From contig CAVOVB010000001.1 in the NCBI GenBank assembly GCA_963699755.1, forward strand, positions 928,001-992,000: 64,000 nt of DNA. The letters are read 5' to 3'. Position numbers and translations under genes: made by a program. The DNA is from an uncultured delta proteobacterium (GTDB lineage: Bacteria > Myxococcota_A > Polyangia > Polyangiales > Houyiibacteriaceae). The notes under the pieces are model-generated. The model saw only the letters and a list, made by a program, of their open reading frames with translations. It did not search any database and was not told the origin of the DNA. Below are positions 59,033 to 64,000 of this stretch, piece by piece; within the stretch, counting starts at the first letter, position 1; every line of letters starts with the position of its first letter.

Positions 59033-59376
59033 TGCGGGTACTCAATCTTGAATTACGAGCGTTTCCACGCCTCGTGGGGCCTCTTGGCGTGGCCTCGCCG
59101 GCCTGGGCCTTCAGAAGGATTTTGGTGTATACCAGCGCCTGTGCACTGGCTGAGATCAGGCTGGGGAGAGCCCCTGTGGACTGCTCGGGGGCTCGGATGT
59201 CCCCAGTCACCTCAAGATCAACACAGGGTTCCGATGTCATCCAAAGCTCAGTTGTTCCGACGGCTTATCTTGCTTCTTCCACAATTCACAGCTGTTAAGA
59301 CGACTACGAATTTTTAAATTAAGAGATCTAGCGAAGTGAGTAAACAGAAAAAGTCCTCTAAGGAGTGAACCGAAAC
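59033..59376 (+). other. Putative replication origin (oriC unwinding region) between dnaA and dnaN
   Basis: DnaA box TCTTCCACA 59275-59283, trio-like TAA GAC GAC TAC GAA 59296-59310, then AT-rich TTTTTAAATTAA. Confidence 0.7.
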
Positions 59377-60513
59377 ATGGAGCTCACGATCGATAAGCAG
59401 CAGTTCCTCCGTGGACTTGCGCGTACGCACGGTGTGGCTGATCGCAAAAGCTCGATGCACATCTTGTCGAATGTCTTGCTCACGGCCGAAGGGCCTGACC
59501 GTCTTCGTCTGTCTGCAACCGATCTGTATCTCGGCGTCACTGCAGTCGTTCCAGCACGGATCAAGAAGGGCGGCAGCATTGCCGTCGCGGCACGGACGAT
59601 CTTCGACATCGTGAAGAATCTACCCGAAGGTGAGGTGAGCTGGAAGCTGAGCGAAAGTCATTTGGTCGAGCTGAGTTGCGGCAAGGTGCGCTATCGCATC
59701 CCGGCCATGCCCGGTGAGGACTTTCCGCCCCTGCCCAATCCTGGCGATGCCGATTTCGCACATGTCGATGCAGGGCTTCTCGCGGAGCTCATCTCGCTGA
59801 CCCAATACTCGATGTCCCACGACGATACGCGGCCGCACCTTGCAGGAACGCTCTTCGAAGGCGACGGAAAGGTGGTCCGTATGGTAACCACCGATGGCCA
59901 TCGTCTCTCGAAAGCGCAGCACAAAATCGCTGGAAAAGGTGCAATGGTGAACTTCAGCATGCTGGTCCCGCACAAGGGAATCAGCGAGCTCAAACGGCTG
60001 CTCGATGACATCAAGGGCAGCAAGGGCAAAGGAGACGAGCCGTCCACCATTGGCATCGCGACCAAGGGGGGCAATGCGTTCTTTCTCCGCGACGATCTCT
60101 GCCTGAATGTGAAGTTGGCAGACGAAAACTTCCCGCCGTACGACAAGGTGATCCCGAGCAAGCAGAGTCGAACGGTGATCGCTGCGCGGGGGCCCTTGGT
60201 CGAGGCGTTGAAGCGAATCAGCTTGGTGGCTAACGACAAGAGCGGCGGCGTGCAGCTGACAATCGAACCGGGCGTCCTACGACTCCAGAGCCAGAACCCC
60301 GAAGTGGGCGAGGGCAGTGAAGAGGTCGACGTCGACTACGCAGGGGACGAGCTTCGTATCGGTTTCAACGCGCGATATTTACTCGATGCGCTGAGTGCCC
60401 TTTCGAATGACGAGATTGCAATCGAGCTAAGCGGTGAGCGTGATCCCGGCGTGCTGAAGCCAGTGGGTGACAACTCCGACTTCATCGGGGTCATCATGCC
60501 CATGCGCATCTAG
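59377..60513 (+). CDS. dnaN: DNA polymerase III beta sliding clamp
   Basis: ILSNVLL, ATDL, TTDGHRL, FPPYDKVIP, IGFNARYLLD, VIMPMRI. Confidence 0.97.
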   Translation: MELTIDKQQFLRGLARTHGVADRKSSMHILSNVLLTAEGPDRLRLSATDLYLGVTAVVPARIKKGGSIAVAARTIFDIVKNLPEGEVSWKLSESHLVELSCGKVRYRIPAMPGEDFPPLPNPGDADFAHVDAGLLAELISLTQYSMSHDDTRPHLAGTLFEGDGKVVRMVTTDGHRLSKAQHKIAGKGAMVNFSMLVPHKGISELKRLLDDIKGSKGKGDEPSTIGIATKGGNAFFLRDDLCLNVKLADENFPPYDKVIPSKQSRTVIAARGPLVEALKRISLVANDKSGGVQLTIEPGVLRLQSQNPEVGEGSEEVDVDYAGDELRIGFNARYLLDALSALSNDEIAIELSGERDPGVLKPVGDNSDFIGVIMPMRI

Positions 60514-60530
60514 TAGAGCAGGGTAGGGCG

Positions 60531-61640
60531 TTGACCTCAGACTTGCGGAGCGCCGAGAACCCAAGCCGTGTCACGTTCCTCCGTGCTCAAGGCTTTCGGA
60601 ATCTGCGCTCCTTGGCGTTCGAGCCCGGGTCGCACTTCAACGTCATCCATGGTGACAACGGTGCAGGGAAATCGAACCTTCTCGAAGCAATTGACTATTT
60701 AGGCGCCCTGAGAAGCTTTCGTGGGGCCAAAACCGAGGACCTGATCGCCCTCGACACCGATACAGCCCTGCTCGAAGCCAGGTTGGAAGGAGGGGCGGCG
60801 GCTCACAAGCTGCGAATCGAGATTGGGCGGTCTCAGCGGAGGGGTTTGCTGCTCGATGGGAAGCGCCCACGTTCGACGAGCGCCTGGCATCAGACGGTCC
60901 GCATGGTGCTGTTCCATCCTGGGGACCTCGTTCTCGCATCCGGCTCCGCAGACAAACGCCGCGCGTTTCTCGACCGAATGCTCGAGCAGATGGATCCGAT
61001 CTATGGCTCCACGCTCACGAGCTATGAGAAGGCCCTTCGCAGCCGCAATCGATTGCTCAAGGAGGAGCGGACCGATCGACGCTCGGTTCGGGCTTATGAC
61101 GCCATTCTCAGCAAGGCAGGGGCGGTGGTAGGCCAGGCTCGCCGCCGCCTGATCGAAGATCTGGCGCCGCGGGTCGTGCGCGCGTTCTCAGAAGTGTTCG
61201 CCGGCGATACCCCTCTCGGCGTTCGCTACCTGCCGCGCGTGGAGCCAACGGAGGAAGCCATTGCCGAGGCCCTGGAGCGTTCGTTCGACAAGGACCGTGC
61301 TCGTGGGTTCACCGTGGAAGGTCCGCACGGTGATGACCTGGAGCTCCAGTTGCATGAGGTAGGCGCGCGGCATCATGGCTCCCAGGGGCAGCACCGAACG
61401 ATCGTGCTTGCCCTCAAGACGGCGGAGCTCGACCTGCTCAGCGAGCGTACGGGCCGGGTGCCGATTCTTCTTCTAGACGACGTTTCGAGTGAGCTCGACC
61501 GAAGCCGAAACCGGCGTTTTTTCGAGGTTCTGAGCCAGACGGGCGGCCAGGTTTTCCTGACGACCACCCATCCGGAGTTCATTCTCTTGGAACAGGATCG
61601 AGTCGATTTCCAAGTCGATCGAGGTCAGGTCACTCGATGA
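60531..61640 (+). CDS. recF: DNA replication/repair protein RecF
   Basis: FRN, GDNGAGKSNLLEA, GPHGDD, SQGQ, LLLDDVSSELD. Confidence 0.95.
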   Translation: MTSDLRSAENPSRVTFLRAQGFRNLRSLAFEPGSHFNVIHGDNGAGKSNLLEAIDYLGALRSFRGAKTEDLIALDTDTALLEARLEGGAAAHKLRIEIGRSQRRGLLLDGKRPRSTSAWHQTVRMVLFHPGDLVLASGSADKRRAFLDRMLEQMDPIYGSTLTSYEKALRSRNRLLKEERTDRRSVRAYDAILSKAGAVVGQARRRLIEDLAPRVVRAFSEVFAGDTPLGVRYLPRVEPTEEAIAEALERSFDKDRARGFTVEGPHGDDLELQLHEVGARHHGSQGQHRTIVLALKTAELDLLSERTGRVPILLLDDVSSELDRSRNRRFFEVLSQTGGQVFLTTTHPEFILLEQDRVDFQVDRGQVTR

Positions 61641-62307
61641 TTCGGGCGCTTCTGATGTAGTCGAGCTTGGGGAAGCTCTTCTTCAGGTAGCTGTTGCCCT
61701 CTGTCTGCATCTGTGCTTGCGAGGGCCCGCGGCCGCGAGGCGCGCCTTCGCCGTAGCCGTCATAGAGGGCATCGACCGGAGCCATGTCTTTGACCTTGCC
61801 GAACGGCGCAAAGCCCATTGCGTCGAGACGGGAGTTGTCGCCGAAGTTGATGAAGAACTGCGTGGTGCGCGAATTGGGTCCCGAGGTCGCAAACGACACG
61901 GTGCCGCGCATGTTACTGGCTTTGACGGGGTCGTCAGGGATCCGCTTTTCGCGCCATTCGGCGTTGAGAGCAGGATCGCCGCTGATGCCGCCCTGCGCCA
62001 TGAAGCCACTGATCACGCGGAAGAAGGCCACGTCGGTGAAATACCCATTTTGGACAAGCTCGTAGAAGCGGTCGGCTCCGTGCGGGGCCCAATCTCGACG
62101 CACCTCGAGCACGATTGCGCCTTTCGTCGTGTCGAGCTCAACCGTGTACTGACTCGGGGCCGCACCCTGGCCCAGGGTCGTCGGGCTCCTCGCCTTTGAG
62201 CTGGTCGCCTGGCTCTCTTCGCCCTGGGTCCTAGGCTCAGTTTCTTCTTCCTTGGGGCAGCCGACGAGAAGGACGCCGGCCAACAAACACAAAACTGCGG
62301 TTCGCAT
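61630..62307 (-). CDS. Cyclophilin-type peptidyl-prolyl isomerase (lipoprotein)
   Basis: Lipobox LVGC; WAPHGADRF, FFRVISGF, RTTQFFIN, FAPFGKV; start at ATG 62307. Confidence 0.9.
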   Translation of the reverse strand: MRTAVLCLLAGVLLVGCPKEEETEPRTQGEESQATSSKARSPTTLGQGAAPSQYTVELDTTKGAIVLEVRRDWAPHGADRFYELVQNGYFTDVAFFRVISGFMAQGGISGDPALNAEWREKRIPDDPVKASNMRGTVSFATSGPNSRTTQFFINFGDNSRLDAMGFAPFGKVKDMAPVDALYDGYGEGAPRGRGPSQAQMQTEGNSYLKKSFPKLDYIRSARIIE

Positions 62308-62353
62308 GGGCGTACCTTGGCAAGCCCCCGCCGGAGCGCAAGCTCGCCTGCCT

Positions 62354-63448
62354 TCAGGAGTCGAATAGGCCTCGAAGCTTCTTGAGGAAGCTGGCTCGCT
62401 GCGGGAGCGTTTCGTCACCGATCTCCGCGGCAAGCTCGGTGATCAACTTACGCTGACGCCGGCTGATCTCCTGGGGCACCTCGACCACTACCGTGACGAG
62501 CTGATCGCCCTTGCCGTAGCCGCCATAGACAGGAATTCCTTTGCCTCGGAGACGGAATGCCTTTCCTGATTGGGTCCCGGGAGGGACCTTCATGATGACC
62601 TTTCCCTCGAGCGTGGGGACGTCAATGCTGGCACCAAGCACGGCCTGAGGAAAGGAGATGGGAACGGAAACCAAGATGTCGGCGCCGTCGCGCTGAAAGA
62701 GGCTGTGATCGGTGACTTTGATGTTGATGTGAAGGTCGCCGTTTCCTTCGGGACTTGCCTCCCCTGCGCCTCTGACCGTTCGGACCGCGCCATCTTTGAC
62801 GCCCGCGGGGATCTTCACGCTCAGCGATTCGGCGCGCATCTGTGTGCCGGACCCTTTACAGGCCTCGCATGGCGTTGGGATCTTCTTACCCGTGCCGCGG
62901 CAGGCATGACAGGGGCGCGCTGCGGCAAAAAGACCCCGTTGATACTTCACTTGTGCGCGTCCTTGGCAGACGTTGCACTTGTGGACCGGTGTTCCCGGCT
63001 TTGCGCCGCTCCCGTCGCAGGTCGTGCAGGCGGCGGGGCGCTTGATGTCGATCTTCTTTTCGACGCCGAGTGCGGCTTCGATGAACGTGATCTCCAAGTC
63101 GTAGTTGAGGTCTCGCCCCGTGCGGCGCTTGCGACGGCCCCCGCTAAACACCTCACCGAAGAGGCCTTCGAGAATTTCGCTTACGGCACCGAAATCGCCG
63201 GCTTCAAAACCAGGGCCCCCGCTCTCGAATGCGCCGTGTCCATAGCGATCGTATTGCCTGCGCTTGTCCGGGTCGCAAAGGACGGCGTACGCCTCAGTTG
63301 CCTCTTTGAACAGATCCTCGGCCGCCGGGTCGTCCCTATTGCGGTCGGGGTGATACTTCATCGCGAGCGCGCGATAGGCTTGCTTGATCTCGTCGCCCGA
63401 TGCGGTTCGGCTGACTTCGAGAATCACGTAATAATCACGCTTGGACAC
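62354..63448 (-). CDS. dnaJ: Molecular chaperone DnaJ
   Basis: KRDYY, YHPDRN, four CxxCxG zinc-finger repeats and C-terminal domain; start probably GTG 63448. Confidence 0.93.
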   Translation of the reverse strand: MSKRDYYVILEVSRTASGDEIKQAYRALAMKYHPDRNRDDPAAEDLFKEATEAYAVLCDPDKRRQYDRYGHGAFESGGPGFEAGDFGAVSEILEGLFGEVFSGGRRKRRTGRDLNYDLEITFIEAALGVEKKIDIKRPAACTTCDGSGAKPGTPVHKCNVCQGRAQVKYQRGLFAAARPCHACRGTGKKIPTPCEACKGSGTQMRAESLSVKIPAGVKDGAVRTVRGAGEASPEGNGDLHINIKVTDHSLFQRDGADILVSVPISFPQAVLGASIDVPTLEGKVIMKVPPGTQSGKAFRLRGKGIPVYGGYGKGDQLVTVVVEVPQEISRRQRKLITELAAEIGDETLPQRASFLKKLRGLFDS

Positions 63449-63527
63449 TGGCTTTCGGAGTGTAGGCGCCGGGCCTCGGGGTGCAAACGGCATGGAATCC
63501 CACCCGATAATGTGGGAGGGGAGTCAG

Positions 63528-64000
63528 ATGCCGGCGGTCGAGCTCGAGATCGAAGAAGATGAGGCCGGGGAGCGGCTCGATGTCCTCCTTGCGCGTCGGG
63601 TTCCCGAGCTCAGCAGGGCCAGGGCCAAGCAGCTCATCGGGCGAGGCGAGGTTTTGGTCGATGGCCGGCGGGCTAAGAAAAGCCATTTGATGCTGGTTGG
63701 CGAAAGGGTGACGCTCAAGAGCTCGCCCGGTCCATCGGACTTTCACGCCGCGCCGGACGAGGGCTTGGTGCTCCAGGTGCTGTTCGAATCAGAAGACTAT
63801 GTCGTGGTCGACAAGCCGGCTGGAGTTCCGAGCCACCCATTGAAAGAAGGAGAGGTCGGCACCCTGGCGGGGGCACTGGTCGCTCGATATCCAGAAATGC
63901 GCGGAGTGGGGTACAGCAAGCGCGAGCCGGGCATCGTTCACAGGCTCGACACTGACACGTCAGGCGTGATGCTCGCGGCGCGCAACCAAGAAACTTTCGA
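63528..64000 (+). CDS. RluA/RluD-family pseudouridine synthase (partial)
   Basis: Not in the ORF track. Manual translation gives GERLDVLL...SRARAKQLI (S4 domain), VDKPAG..SHP and PGIVHRLDTDTSG. Confidence 0.9.
   Translation, partial: MPAVELEIEEDEAGERLDVLLARRVPELSRARAKQLIGRGEVLVDGRRAKKSHLMLVGERVTLKSSPGPSDFHAAPDEGLVLQVLFESEDYVVVDKPAGVPSHPLKEGEVGTLAGALVARYPEMRGVGYSKREPGIVHRLDTDTSGVMLAARNQETF

Overview
High-GC bacterial chromosomal segment. Gene content and style (lipoprotein-rich, a TonB-domain fusion, RND and DUF2723 genes) suggest a Myxococcota/Polyangia-like organism; this is inference only. (1) About 0.6-19.1 kb is one phosphate-acquisition cluster. It holds a surface lipoprotein, a TonB-dependent receptor and its own exbD-exbD-exbB-tonB motor, headed by an atypical PhoB paralogue in which the phospho-Asp is replaced by Glu. 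It also holds divergent pstSCAB-phoU, an OprO/P-like porin, phoR-phoB and DUF47-PiT, with 11-bp-phased Pho-box half-sites at three promoters. (2) 20.3-26.4 kb encodes three lipoproteins with a complete PHM/DBM-type copper monooxygenase ligand set. Two of them are fused to an N-terminal CX4CH cytochrome-c-like domain, and YceI, a His-motif lipoprotein and an ABA4-like gene lie alongside. (3) About 27.03-27.42 kb is an apparent stand-alone ~355-nt structured minus-strand transcript (promoter, alternative long-range pairings, small ORF, GNRA-capped terminal hairpin) downstream of a Crp-like/cNMP phosphodiesterase pair. (4) Housekeeping genes follow: ychF, cls, a stand-alone rpsD with a structured leader, rimO, aspS, dapE, a mobA remnant, clpB, rpsU, PPi-type pfk, an RND pair and SDRs. 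(5) The window ends with the replication origin region dnaA-oriC-dnaN-recF, then a cyclophilin, dnaJ and a partial RluA-family gene. No tRNA, rRNA, CRISPR array or mobile element was recognised. All calls come from reading motifs by eye; no searches were run.
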